A stretch of 64,000 nucleotides of DNA from a virus (IMGVR_UViG_3300044652_000022:11154-75153), one strand, 5' to 3'; positions 8,482 to 17,119 are shown, numbered from the stretch's first letter. Notes: generated by a model from the sequence alone, not told the origin. Numbers and translations: made by a program.

Positions 8482-8527
8482 TAAAGCGGAGGGCTGCAAT
8501 CCAGTCCGAAGGAGCGGATAACAGGAC

Positions 8528-8965
8528 ATGGGCACACTACCACAAACCACAGGAGGCTTCGTATTGACGAGGGCGCGCCGCGGTCCACGGATCCCAGAAG
8601 GCACCGTTCGCATATCGAAGTCCGGGGCCGACATTTCCATTCCATTCGAGGTGCTGGGAGAAGCGCTTGAGCAGCCCGACTACAACTTCCACACCGACAC
8701 CAAGGTGACGCTGCGTCCTTTGGTGGACGAAAAGAAAAAGCGGCTGCGGTTCGTCGTCGTCCCAACGGATCAGGCTTCGGACGTGGACGCCTTCAACTGC
8801 CGCCCCTACGTGACCTCCCAGGACTCGCGTTCGGTGGTGGTGACGTGTCGAACGCTGCTGGAAAAAATGGGCAAAGTTCTACCCGGGCGCGACTACCCAG
8901 TCAAGGTGGCGGGTGACGCGCTGACCATTTCGTTTGGTAAGGTGGCGCCCAGAAAAAAGGCGTAG
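8528..8965 (+). CDS. hypothetical beta-rich protein
   Basis: 145 aa downstream of P4. Confidence 0.65.
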   Translation: MGTLPQTTGGFVLTRARRGPRIPEGTVRISKSGADISIPFEVLGEALEQPDYNFHTDTKVTLRPLVDEKKKRLRFVVVPTDQASDVDAFNCRPYVTSQDSRSVVVTCRTLLEKMGKVLPGRDYPVKVAGDALTISFGKVAPRKKA

Positions 8966-8975
8966 GAGGTGGGCT

Positions 8976-9152
8976 GTGCTGATAGGCTTCCTCTTTCGAT
9001 GCGACGACTGCTTTACTCAGGCGAAAATCGGCGGCTCGAATCTGAACGACGCCACCAAAGAACTGTGCCGGCAAGGGTGGACGGTAAAACAGGGCTTGAA
9101 TCGAGCCGTCCACCTCTGCGAAAAATGCAAGCGCAAAGGCGCTGCTGCGTAA
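8976..9152 (+). CDS. Zn-ribbon protein
   Basis: AGGAGG RBS + GTG; CDDC...CEKC. Confidence 0.6.
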   Translation: MLIGFLFRCDDCFTQAKIGGSNLNDATKELCRQGWTVKQGLNRAVHLCEKCKRKGAAA

Positions 9153-9201
9153 CGTAGCGCCTTCCCTCCCTCTTCCCTTCCGTTCTCCTCCTTCCGACGC
9201 A

Positions 9202-9224
9202 GCAGAGCCAGAGCTAACGCGAGC
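9202..9224 (+). repeat. dispersed motif B copy 1 (GCAGAGCCAGAGCWRACGCG)
   Basis: also at 17916, 25592 (reverse) and 49482. Confidence 0.75.
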
Positions 9225-9298
9225 ATTCTGGGTTCAGTCAACTGTCGGGTTGCAATTTCCCCTCGGATCCCGCAGAATGCGAGTAGAGAGGTGCCAAA

Positions 9299-9505
9299 AT
9301 GACGACCGACCTCAAGCAAACGGCCGGCCGAGCCACTTCCGAAAATAATCGCAACCGCGACCGTCGCAAATTCTTCCTTGCAGCCAGCGAACTCTCCATG
9401 AGCCCGGAGGAATACGACCGCGCCTTGCACGCCTACCTAAAAGCCATTCTGCCTCCTGGTTCACCCTGCACCTGCACTCACTGCCTGCTGCGCAGAGCCG
9501 CTTAA
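9299..9505 (+). CDS. hypothetical protein
   Basis: GAGG RBS; C-terminal CxCxxC. Confidence 0.55.
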   Translation: MTTDLKQTAGRATSENNRNRDRRKFFLAASELSMSPEEYDRALHAYLKAILPPGSPCTCTHCLLRRAA

Positions 9506-9560
9506 ACAACCGGGCTGGGATCGCTTGATTCCAGCCCATTATTGCGGCTGAAAATAGCGG

Positions 9561-9589
9561 TTGACAGCGCCTATAGTTTTCCTCATAAT
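9561..9589 (+). promoter_or_regulatory. conserved early promoter P5
   Basis: TTGACA-N17-CATAAT with CCTATAGTTT; 23 bp identical to P7. Confidence 0.85.
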
Positions 9590-9596
9590 AAAGAAC

Positions 9597-9773
9597 ATGC
9601 AGCAACGGAAACCAATCCGACGCGCGAACGCCTCGAGCGTAACGACCGAATGTCCGCAATGCCAGCGTCCCGTCACTGTGGACCTGGAAGAGGACTTCGA
9701 GTTTACGCCGCGCCTTTGCGACGATTGCCAGGAAGCCGCTGACCGGCGCCACGATGACGAGGAGGTCGCATGA
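9597..9773 (+). CDS. Zn-ribbon protein (probably leaderless)
   Basis: CPQC...CDDC; ATG 7 nt after -10. Confidence 0.6.
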   Translation: MQQRKPIRRANASSVTTECPQCQRPVTVDLEEDFEFTPRLCDDCQEAADRRHDDEEVA

Positions 9774-9913
9774 AAAACCTGCGAGTGGTAGACGACGCTG
9801 GGAACGTTATCGAAACGCTTCCTGACCTCAATGCAATGGACGAAGCTGAGTTTCAGGAATGGGCGCTCGAATTTGCGACTCGCTTGAGCCAGGCGCAAGT
9901 GGAGGTCGCATGA
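9770..9913 (+). CDS. hypothetical protein
   Basis: GGAGG RBS, 47 aa, ATGA overlaps at both ends. Confidence 0.55.
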   Translation: MKNLRVVDDAGNVIETLPDLNAMDEAEFQEWALEFATRLSQAQVEVA

Positions 9914-10110
9914 TTCCCGAAAAACTCACCTGGTGGAACGGCGTCAACGAGTCCTACGAACTCTGGCAGACGCCCGAAGTCAAGCCAGGCTTCCATCTGT
10001 ATCATTTCGTTGCCGGCGTCGAAGTCGGGCGGCATGGGTTTTCGTCGGCGCTAGCGGGACGCAAGGAATTCGAACGTCGGGTTACGGAGGCGGTCAATGG
10101 CCGGGCATAG
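9910..10110 (+). CDS. hypothetical protein
   Basis: GGAGG RBS, 66 aa. Confidence 0.6.
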   Translation: MIPEKLTWWNGVNESYELWQTPEVKPGFHLYHFVAGVEVGRHGFSSALAGRKEFERRVTEAVNGRA

Positions 10111-10285
10111 ACAGGTGAAGATTCGGCGCCCTGCTCCGCAGCCTCGGGTGTTTAGCGTCGATACGACGGTCATGTCCTCGATTGACGGGCTGACGGCAGA
10201 GGTTCTGGAGCAGGCGATTCTGACCGCTTTGCAGTCGGCTGGGTTCTCTGTTCCGCATATCGCTTGCCAGGAGGTGGTGGACTAA
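10097..10285 (+). CDS. hypothetical protein
   Basis: GGAGG RBS, 62 aa. Confidence 0.55.
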   Translation: MAGHRQVKIRRPAPQPRVFSVDTTVMSSIDGLTAEVLEQAILTALQSAGFSVPHIACQEVVD

Positions 10286-10515
10286 TGACGATTGACGAAA
10301 GGCTGGAACGTCTGACAGATCGGCACGAAGCCCTTGCCCAATCCCTCGAACTGCTGCGCGACTCGGTGCATGAGATGCGCGAATCGCTCGAAGCGGAACG
10401 CGCCGCGCGTCAGGAGGTAGAGGCTCGCGAGAGGCAGTTGCGGGACGCCTTGCTGCGATCTATCGCCGCTTTCATTCAAGGGCTGGGCGGTTTAGGTGAG
10501 GAAGGAACAGAATAA
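10285..10515 (+). CDS. coiled-coil hypothetical protein
   Basis: MTIDERLERLTDRHEALAQSLEL heptads; AGGAGG RBS; TAATG coupling. Confidence 0.65.
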   Translation: MTIDERLERLTDRHEALAQSLELLRDSVHEMRESLEAERAARQEVEARERQLRDALLRSIAAFIQGLGGLGEEGTE

Positions 10516-10516
10516 T

Positions 10517-10714
10517 ATGGCGTGGAATTTCTTCAAGTCGATTCGGTTGCCGCTGGGCATCCGTTTGAATGTTTCCAAAAAGGGTGTCGGCGTTTCGGCT
10601 GGCATTCGCGGTGCGCGGGTAGGGATTACGGGCGACGGAAAGCGCATCTACCGCAACCTCAGCATCCCAGGCACCGGGCTGTTCAATCGCAAATCATGGA
10701 GGCGGAAGCCGTGA
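10517..10714 (+). CDS. DUF4236-like protein
   Basis: FFKSIRL..GIRLNVSKKGVGVSAG..GAR...SIPGTGL pattern. Confidence 0.8.
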   Translation: MAWNFFKSIRLPLGIRLNVSKKGVGVSAGIRGARVGITGDGKRIYRNLSIPGTGLFNRKSWRRKP

Positions 10715-11103
10715 AGCGCAAACAGGAGTGGCTGGTGGGCTGGCAGAACGGTGCGGGGCGCTCGTTTAAGGTGCTGACTGACGGTCCCACTAAAACTGCA
10801 CTCTACGCAGTCCTTGAGTACTGCGCAAGGATCGCAGCAACTCCTGACGTTATCAGCGTCACAGTCAAGAAGTCGTTATCAGGAGGATCGGACATGAGGC
10901 AGGACGACAAAACGAAAATGCTAGCCCGCGCTGCCAAGCGCTTCATTACCGCGTCGAATCGGCTGGTGAACGCCGAGTTGCGACTTCGACAGGCCCCTGG
11001 CGCGCGCAGCGCCACCAAAGCCCAGATCAACCTCGACCAGCGCGAGGAGGAGTACACAGAAGCCGAGGAAACGCTGCGCGCGTTGATCGAGGAGCTAGGA
11101 TAA
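10711..11103 (+). CDS. hypothetical protein
   Basis: GTG start with GGAGG; possible second start at MRQDD. Confidence 0.55.
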   Translation: MKRKQEWLVGWQNGAGRSFKVLTDGPTKTALYAVLEYCARIAATPDVISVTVKKSLSGGSDMRQDDKTKMLARAAKRFITASNRLVNAELRLRQAPGARSATKAQINLDQREEEYTEAEETLRALIEELG

Positions 11104-11297
11104 TGGCGCAACACACCGAAAACGTGAAATTCCGCTTGTTTCGGATGCCGTGTTGCGGACAGCAACTGTGCTGGGTCAATCCGCGCCTGCCCTCCCACTG
11201 TCCCGAGTGCGGTACGTCGATCTTTTCGCGGCTGCGGTTCGAAAGCGAGCATACGCTCCTGTGCGACGAGCAAGCCCAGTTGAAGTTCCATCAATAG
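11103..11297 (+). CDS. Zn-ribbon protein
   Basis: MPCCG...CPECG. Confidence 0.6.
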   Translation: MAQHTENVKFRLFRMPCCGQQLCWVNPRLPSHCPECGTSIFSRLRFESEHTLLCDEQAQLKFHQ

Positions 11298-11307
11298 GAG
11301 ACCAAAA

Positions 11308-11859
11308 ATGTACGGACCATACATGAAGGTTGGCGACTTGTACATGTTCCGAAAAAAGATCCCGGTCGAGTACTTGGGACGCGAAAACGGAATGCACCGC
11401 TTCCGCCGGCTCGACTGCGATCCGAAAATGGTGGGCGCGATATTCGAGCGCCGAGCCGCGCGCGGGCTGTCAACCCATTACCCCAAATGCAACGTGGAGA
11501 CGGGCTGCGAGTGTCAGGAGCGGCTGGCTCTGAAGAAAAACCGGACCTGGCATTCGCCGCAACCGCAACCGCCTGCCGAAGATCCCTACCCGCAGCACAC
11601 AGCGCTGGCGCAGGTCAAACGTGAGTCCCAGGTGATTGGCGAGTTCATCGACTGGCTCCGAAACGAAAAGAAAATCCAACTGGCGCTGTGGGTCCCGGAA
11701 ACCGACGACATGCACGCGCATCTAGCCTCGATCTTTACGCCCATCAACGAACTCCTGGCCGAGTACTTCGAAATCGACCTCCACGCGCTGGAACTGGAAA
11801 AACTCGCCATGCTGCAAAAACAGCGACAATTGATCTCGGAGAACACGAACAATGGCTGA
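11308..11859 (+). CDS. hypothetical protein
   Basis: AGGAG RBS, 183 aa. Confidence 0.65.
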   Translation: MYGPYMKVGDLYMFRKKIPVEYLGRENGMHRFRRLDCDPKMVGAIFERRAARGLSTHYPKCNVETGCECQERLALKKNRTWHSPQPQPPAEDPYPQHTALAQVKRESQVIGEFIDWLRNEKKIQLALWVPETDDMHAHLASIFTPINELLAEYFEIDLHALELEKLAMLQKQRQLISENTNNG

Positions 11860-12079
11860 AAGAGTTCAATACACGGTGCTCTGTTCCTGCGGCTGGCATG
11901 AGCAGTTTGATTCCTTTGGTGCAGCGGAGCATGGCGCCACGGTGCATTTGTTCACCGAAGGCACCCACGATCAAATGCTATGCCTCCGCCCCTCCAGCCA
12001 CAATCCAAACGCATCAGTGGTGGCGTTCGAGTTTCAGGCGCGGAAGGATAACGTCGCCGCCGAGGTGAAGGGTGAATGA
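11852..12079 (+). CDS. hypothetical protein (CxC..H metal motif)
   Basis: 75 aa, overlap coupling. Confidence 0.55.
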   Translation: MAERVQYTVLCSCGWHEQFDSFGAAEHGATVHLFTEGTHDQMLCLRPSSHNPNASVVAFEFQARKDNVAAEVKGE

Positions 12080-12180
12080 TCGAACGCTGCCCAACCTGTG
12101 ACGCTGGCTTCGGCATTAACCTGATGAGCGGTGCTGCGCGAATCGTGCCTCCTGTCCCAGAACGTCGAAAATCGCGGTAG
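12076..12180 (+). CDS. small CxxC peptide
   Basis: MIERCPTCDAGFG..., 34 aa. Confidence 0.35.
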   Translation: MIERCPTCDAGFGINLMSGAARIVPPVPERRKSR

Positions 12181-12377
12181 AATCGTTTCCTCCACCCGTT
12201 CCGGCTGTATTCCTCCACCTCCGGCTTCGGAAGCGAGCAGAACCAGGCTGCTCGCCCGTAATCGAGAGGTTCTTTAGGTATTTTAGGCAACCCTTTGGCG
12301 GAATTGGGGATATTCCGCCCGGTGGGGGAGGTCTGAAATTCCGCCAAAGATTTTTGGAAGTTTTTTGGTCGGAAGGG

Positions 12378-12406
12378 TTGACACCACCTATAGTTTCCCT
12401 CATAAT
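12378..12406 (+). promoter_or_regulatory. conserved early promoter P6
   Basis: TTGACA-N17-CATAAT with CCTATAGTTT; T-rich upstream element. Confidence 0.85.
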
Positions 12407-12413
12407 TAGAAAC

Positions 12414-12686
12414 GTGAACAGCAAACAACAGCCCGCTGCCAAAAAGACATACGCGCAAATGACGCCTGCCGAGCGCCTTGCAGACCGCATCGCCAAGAAT
12501 CGCGTTATCGACGCAAAGGTGGCGAAAATCGAGTATCGCCGCGAGGTAGCCCAGCGCGTTGCCTCCAACATGCTCTGCAACGCTCTCGAAACGTTCCTGA
12601 AGAATGCGCCGAAACTGTCTGACGAAGAGTTGGCGCAGGGCTTGGGTGCTGCTGCTGACGTTGCGAAGAAAATCAATAACCTGTAA
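12414..12686 (+). CDS. hypothetical helical protein (probably leaderless GTG)
   Basis: GTG 7 nt after -10; 90 aa. Confidence 0.6.
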   Translation: MNSKQQPAAKKTYAQMTPAERLADRIAKNRVIDAKVAKIEYRREVAQRVASNMLCNALETFLKNAPKLSDEELAQGLGAAADVAKKINNL

Positions 12687-12700
12687 AAAGGGAGCCGACC

Positions 12701-13048
12701 ATGAGCATCGAAACTATCCGCCTCAACTCCGCCAGAGAAGCCGAAATCGCCACCGAGTTCAGCGGTGACGGGACGACGTTCAAAGTGGGCGACGTTGCGC
12801 GCCACGACCACATCAAAGGGCGTTTTTACGCCTCGACCTTGATCGAGATCAAGCTGTACATTTGCGACGCCTCCGGGACCGCCAAGCAAACGCGGAATCT
12901 GTGGAGCGGTAGCGACGTAAAGCGCGCCGACGAGGTGTTCTATGCGACGGCTCTGGTCGTAGAGTGCGCAGCAAAAACGAAGGTGCTCCGCGCGGTGTGG
13001 CTGGAAAACAACCGCGCGATCCGCAGCCATTCAAACGTAGAGGCATAA
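12701..13048 (+). CDS. hypothetical protein
   Basis: GGGAG RBS, 115 aa. Confidence 0.65.
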   Translation: MSIETIRLNSAREAEIATEFSGDGTTFKVGDVARHDHIKGRFYASTLIEIKLYICDASGTAKQTRNLWSGSDVKRADEVFYATALVVECAAKTKVLRAVWLENNRAIRSHSNVEA

Positions 13049-13051
13049 ATC

Positions 13052-13345
13052 ATGCGACGACGCCAAACAACGAGAACCAACCCCTTCAGCCAGTTGCTGA
13101 AAGAAAACGGGTGGCTGCTGAAAACCGCCACCGACCCGATCCTGGCCGGGCTGGGCCTGGACGAGTACGTGTACATTCTTCGCGCGGATCGGTTGCTGCA
13201 CCTGCACCTCAGCCCGAGCGATATGACGTGGGAGGCGAAGCGCTACACCCGCGAGCCGTTCGGCGACTACACCGGCGTGTATCAGCCCAAGGGCAGCGGT
13301 CAGGGAATCGAGAGCCTGCGCGCGTTCGTCGCGGAGGTAAAGTAA
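13052..13345 (+). CDS. hypothetical protein
   Basis: GAGG RBS, 97 aa. Confidence 0.6.
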   Translation: MRRRQTTRTNPFSQLLKENGWLLKTATDPILAGLGLDEYVYILRADRLLHLHLSPSDMTWEAKRYTREPFGDYTGVYQPKGSGQGIESLRAFVAEVK

Positions 13346-13582
13346 ATGGCTTACGAGGTGCGCGTCAACGGACGTTTGTTTTTCTTCTACCACCTGTCCA
13401 ACCTCAAGCGCGTATCGCGCAGCCGTTGGACGGTCGAGCGCCACGGCGTCGAGTATCGAATCGAGGGTGGCAAGGCTGCGGGCGGAACGAGCCGCGATTG
13501 GTGGCTAGACGGTCCGGGCTGGGACAAATCTATCGACTGCACGTCGCTGGTGGACGCGCTGAAGTGCTTGGAGGGCATGTGA
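13346..13582 (+). CDS. hypothetical protein
   Basis: GGAGG RBS, 78 aa. Confidence 0.65.
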   Translation: MAYEVRVNGRLFFFYHLSNLKRVSRSRWTVERHGVEYRIEGGKAAGGTSRDWWLDGPGWDKSIDCTSLVDALKCLEGM

Positions 13583-13719
13583 AAATCAACCTGGAAATCG
13601 AGATCCCGGAAGAATGGCTGGAAGAGTTAGGGATTGACGTGAGCGAGGCTCAGGCGATCCTGACCGACTTTATCAACCGGGAAAAGCACGAAATCCTGGC
13701 GGACAACAGCGGGAACTAA
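13579..13719 (+). CDS. acidic hypothetical protein
   Basis: GTGA overlap, 46 aa. Confidence 0.5.
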   Translation: MKINLEIEIPEEWLEELGIDVSEAQAILTDFINREKHEILADNSGN

Positions 13720-13748
13720 ATCTGTACAATGAGGCGAGGATCCAGACG

Positions 13749-14249
13749 ATGAAAAACGTATTGACCGAAACCCCCTTTCTGCGTATGTCGATGGACGCAG
13801 GTGTCTACATTTTCAGCCACAGCACCCAGGACACCCTCTGCGAACTCCAGATCCGCTTTGCGTATCACGGTGACGGGATTTCGAAGGACGGTGCCCACGG
13901 AACGGGCGACGTGGACGAACTAAAAAACTGGCTCAAATACAAGCGCATCGTCCGCAGCGACGGCGGCGAGTACGAACTGGTTTCGGACGCAGAGTGGAAA
14001 GAGCGGATGGAGGCGGTGCTGGAGCACGAAGGCGAGGACGCGGTGAACGAGGTCCAGAACGACGACCGCTACCGCGCCGTGTTCATGGGCGACGAATACT
14101 ACCGCAATTGGCGCGTGTTCGAGGCGCTGATTGAACGCTGGGAGTCGATGTTGCGCCTCCGCCTGTTCCGCCCGACCGTGACGCATAGCGACCGGTGGGA
14201 TTGGCAACCGACGACGTTCCTGCGCCGCGATTCCGCGATTGGCGGTTGA
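13749..14249 (+). CDS. hypothetical protein
   Basis: GAGGA RBS; TCTGTACAAT upstream; 166 aa. Confidence 0.65.
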   Translation: MKNVLTETPFLRMSMDAGVYIFSHSTQDTLCELQIRFAYHGDGISKDGAHGTGDVDELKNWLKYKRIVRSDGGEYELVSDAEWKERMEAVLEHEGEDAVNEVQNDDRYRAVFMGDEYYRNWRVFEALIERWESMLRLRLFRPTVTHSDRWDWQPTTFLRRDSAIGG

Positions 14250-14274
14250 CAGCGCCTATAGTTTCACTCATAAT
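14246..14274 (+). promoter_or_regulatory. conserved early promoter P7
   Basis: TTGACA-N17-CATAAT with CCTATAGTTT. Confidence 0.85.
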
Positions 14275-14291
14275 TGTTTAGAGGCGGAATC

Positions 14292-14468
14292 ATGACGACC
14301 GTTCCAAAAGCGAAAATCGAAATTGTCGTTCTGCGCATCGAACGCGAATTAGCGAAGGTGCGCCAAGAGCTTCAGCGTCCCGCGCCGCGTTCGCTGGTGC
14401 TGGACAAGATTGGAAGCCGTGTTGTGAAGTTGTCCGATCAACTCAGGCCTGGTGCAACATGGGAATAA
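14292..14468 (+). CDS. hypothetical protein
   Basis: GAGG RBS, 58 aa. Confidence 0.55.
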   Translation: MTTVPKAKIEIVVLRIERELAKVRQELQRPAPRSLVLDKIGSRVVKLSDQLRPGATWE

Positions 14469-15310
14469 TCGCACGCAACGAAGCCGCGCACCGCTTGCGC
14501 ATTCTCGCCAGCCAAGCCAATCGCGGCGTGTCGGCCGCGCGCAACGGGGACTGGCGCGAGGCGTTTGACGCTGCGTATGAGATGCGCGAGGCGCTGAACA
14601 AATTGATCCCACACCTCGAAGAGGCAGCGGACGCGGTGGCGGCGGGTGTGATGCCAGAATCGTTCGCCGACGCCGACGCTGCTCCGCCAATCGACTACTC
14701 CGAGCCCAAGCGCACGGGCGGCGGGATGGGGTATCGCGGGGGAGCGGGCAATCGCGTCGGGTACACGACCTATTCCAGTGGTGGGTATGCGCCCATCAAG
14801 CGCGACGAAAGCGGGAACTGGACGCGCGAAACAACGGAAGAGCGTTGCCCGAATTGCAAGCGCTTCCCGAAAGAGGAAGGGCATGAAGGCTGGTGCCCGA
14901 GGGCGCATGAGCCAAAAGCGTTCACCGTCAAAACCAGGCCGCGCTACGATTCGAGCTTCAACGCGCCCTCTCGCGACAAGGTCGAGCGCTCCACCGCCGA
15001 CCCGATCTGGAACCCGCTGTCCGACATGATCGACGATATCAAGCGCATGGCGGCAGAACGCGAGGCTCCCGCCGAACCGCAACCAATCGTCACGCCGCCA
15101 CCTCCAGTCGAGAAAATCTATGCCTTCGACCTGCGACGTATTCCTGGCATGTCGGAGTACGAGCAAGCCTTCGCAACCTCTGGGCCGCTGAACGACGAGG
15201 AACGCGAGGCGGCAGAGGCGTTCAAGCTGCTCGCTCCCGAGATGCGGGATAAAATCATCGCGCGCTACCGTAGCACCTGCGCGCCCGTGAAGGTGAGGGT
15301 CAAAAAATGA
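14459..15310 (+). CDS. hypothetical protein with CxxC..H..C motif
   Basis: 283 aa; CPNC...GHEGWC. Confidence 0.65.
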   Translation: MGIIARNEAAHRLRILASQANRGVSAARNGDWREAFDAAYEMREALNKLIPHLEEAADAVAAGVMPESFADADAAPPIDYSEPKRTGGGMGYRGGAGNRVGYTTYSSGGYAPIKRDESGNWTRETTEERCPNCKRFPKEEGHEGWCPRAHEPKAFTVKTRPRYDSSFNAPSRDKVERSTADPIWNPLSDMIDDIKRMAAEREAPAEPQPIVTPPPPVEKIYAFDLRRIPGMSEYEQAFATSGPLNDEEREAAEAFKLLAPEMRDKIIARYRSTCAPVKVRVKK

Positions 15311-15708
15311 TTCGGTGGGTAAGCGCGACAAAGTGGGTGGTGTCCTCGCTAGCAAATGGAAAGGTTTATTTTCTGGCTTCGCAGGGACGGTGGCTGCGTC
15401 GTCACACCAAAGCCCTCCGATTCGATTCGCAGCAGGACGCAGAGGACGTGGCGGGGCGGGTACAGGGAAAAGCGCTTCCTGTAAAGGTGCGACAGGCGGA
15501 TTCGTTTCCACCAAAGAAAACGCATGACGCCTACCGTGCTGATGCTGTATCGGTGTTTGGGGCAGGGTACACGCCAGACTACTACGACCAGAACTTCGTT
15601 GGGTACATGCGCCGCGCCTATTGCGACGGATACGAGGACGGCAAAAAAGCAGAACGCAACCGCATCCGCAATATGCAGCGACGACAGAAAAAGGTGGCGG
15701 GCAAATGA
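15307..15708 (+). CDS. hypothetical protein
   Basis: 133 aa, ATGA overlap. Confidence 0.6.
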   Translation: MIRWVSATKWVVSSLANGKVYFLASQGRWLRRHTKALRFDSQQDAEDVAGRVQGKALPVKVRQADSFPPKKTHDAYRADAVSVFGAGYTPDYYDQNFVGYMRRAYCDGYEDGKKAERNRIRNMQRRQKKVAGK

Positions 15709-15911
15709 GCCTCGGTCAAGATTACCTTTTGCCTTGCGATCCGCGAACGTTCCGCGATGCAAAAACCGGACGATCTGTCATTGGCCCGCGGCGCTGCATT
15801 TTCGTCCACCAGCCAAAACACGTTCCAGGCAAGGTGTTCGTCTGTCCAGATTGCAAATCCGAGTACAAAGGCGTGTCAAACGGATGGGAGCCCAAAAATG
15901 AGAGTCGCTAG
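15705..15911 (+). CDS. Zn-ribbon-like protein
   Basis: CPDC; 68 aa. Confidence 0.55.
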   Translation: MSLGQDYLLPCDPRTFRDAKTGRSVIGPRRCIFVHQPKHVPGKVFVCPDCKSEYKGVSNGWEPKNESR

Positions 15912-16128
15912 AACGTCCAATTACGGCGAAGAGGATCTCACCTTCCGCGCTGAAACGCCCGAGGAGGAAGGCCACCTTGCGCAATGCTACCAGCGAATGA
16001 TTCAGGAAGGGACGACGCACGTACCAGCCCGCCTGCTCGAATTGCTGGAAGAAAAAGGTTATCGGTTGTCTTTAGTCGAACCCGAGGAGGAAAAATGCCC
16101 CGAACCAAAGAACGAATCAAAATCCTGA
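15898..16128 (+). CDS. hypothetical protein
   Basis: GGGAG RBS, 76 aa. Confidence 0.55.
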   Translation: MRVARTSNYGEEDLTFRAETPEEEGHLAQCYQRMIQEGTTHVPARLLELLEEKGYRLSLVEPEEEKCPEPKNESKS

Positions 16129-16328
16129 ACCGCTTCCAAATGTCCAAGTACTCGCGATCGTTCGATCCGCGGCGCTATGCGGAGGAAACGAAGTTCCCGG
16201 TTACGTTTTCGCTTGTCCACAACGACGGCCCAGACGTTCGCTGCATGGTGGCGATATCGGACACGTCGGAACTGGCGATTACCATGCCGCTAGACGAGTT
16301 CAACGCCCTCCCGGTCGTGGAGGTGTAG
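16095..16328 (+). CDS. hypothetical protein
   Basis: GAGGAGG RBS, 77 aa. Confidence 0.6.
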   Translation: MPRTKERIKILNRFQMSKYSRSFDPRRYAEETKFPVTFSLVHNDGPDVRCMVAISDTSELAITMPLDEFNALPVVEV

Positions 16329-16330
16329 CG

Positions 16331-16693
16331 GTGGCCGTCCTCCAGCCTGAGGTCCATGCCTATTATCTGCGCACGGGCTTCCTCGGGTATCTGTCGCGTC
16401 CGTATCGCCCAGAGGCCGTCGAGATTCGACGCATCCAGCAAGCTGACCTGTCCTGGAAATGGATGGTTAAGGAGCCAGGTATCGAAGGCGGCGCTGTCCT
16501 CAATCGCTTGCTGGAATGGGAATATCAGAGTAGCCCGTCCAACCGCACCACCGACGACTTGCAGCGGACGCGCTATGTATCCATGGAGGAGGCTCTGCAA
16601 TACGTGGGCTGGTGGATTGAGCACGTCGTTTATGGTTGTACGCATCCACCAGCCTGCGAACGCTGCAATTGGTGCGGGTGGAGGAAAACATGA
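16331..16693 (+). CDS. hypothetical protein with C-terminal Cys cluster
   Basis: GGAGG RBS + GTG; CTH..CERCNWC. Confidence 0.6.
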   Translation: MAVLQPEVHAYYLRTGFLGYLSRPYRPEAVEIRRIQQADLSWKWMVKEPGIEGGAVLNRLLEWEYQSSPSNRTTDDLQRTRYVSMEEALQYVGWWIEHVVYGCTHPPACERCNWCGWRKT

Positions 16694-16806
16694 CGGACGC
16701 CTTCTGGAGATTTGTGCTGGTCGTGGTAGCGTTCGCAGGCGGCGTGCTGGTCGGGTGGGCAGTTCGCGATTTTCAGCATTGGTGCGAAAAGGAGCGAGGT
16801 CGATGA
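16690..16806 (+). CDS. small membrane protein
   Basis: 38 aa, one hydrophobic segment; GAGGA RBS. Confidence 0.55.
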   Translation: MTDAFWRFVLVVVAFAGGVLVGWAVRDFQHWCEKERGR

Positions 16807-17036
16807 TCGAAGCGTTGACGATTTCGGTGGCGGCGGTGTCTTGGGCAGTGGTCGTGGTGATTTTTCTGCGCATGGTAAATCGGTGGTCGCGAGGTGTCAA
16901 ATGAAGGTCCGAGTGACGGCAGGCGAGTTGATCAAGGCGCTGGAGGCGGCGGTGGGTACAGAGAAAACTCCTATCACGCTGATTCTTCTGGGCAGTTCGC
17001 GATTTTCAGCATTGGTGCGAAAAGGCGCGAGGTCGA
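16756..17036 (+). repeat. 48-bp direct repeat (16756-16803 and 16989-17036)
   Basis: 47/48 identical. Confidence 0.95.
16803..16904 (+). CDS. small membrane protein
   Basis: 33 aa, hydrophobic core, ATGA overlaps. Confidence 0.5.
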   Translation: MIEALTISVAAVSWAVVVVIFLRMVNRWSRGVK

Positions 17037-17119
17037 AGGAGTTCGCCGAGTTGTTTGCGGAGTTCTTTTTTCACGCTGTCTTGAACGCCGGCGGAAATGA
17101 AAGTCCGCGTAACGGCTAA
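16901..17119 (+). pseudogene. chimeric/degenerate paralogue of 17097 gene
   Basis: first 28 aa resemble 17097 protein, then reads through the second 48-bp repeat copy in another frame. Confidence 0.5.

Noticed and set aside
1268-14274. Repeated TTGACA...CCTATAGTTT...CATAAT units as a CRISPR array
   Set aside because: Spacing is irregular (0.9-3.8 kb) with genes in between; the units have promoter geometry; no cas genes
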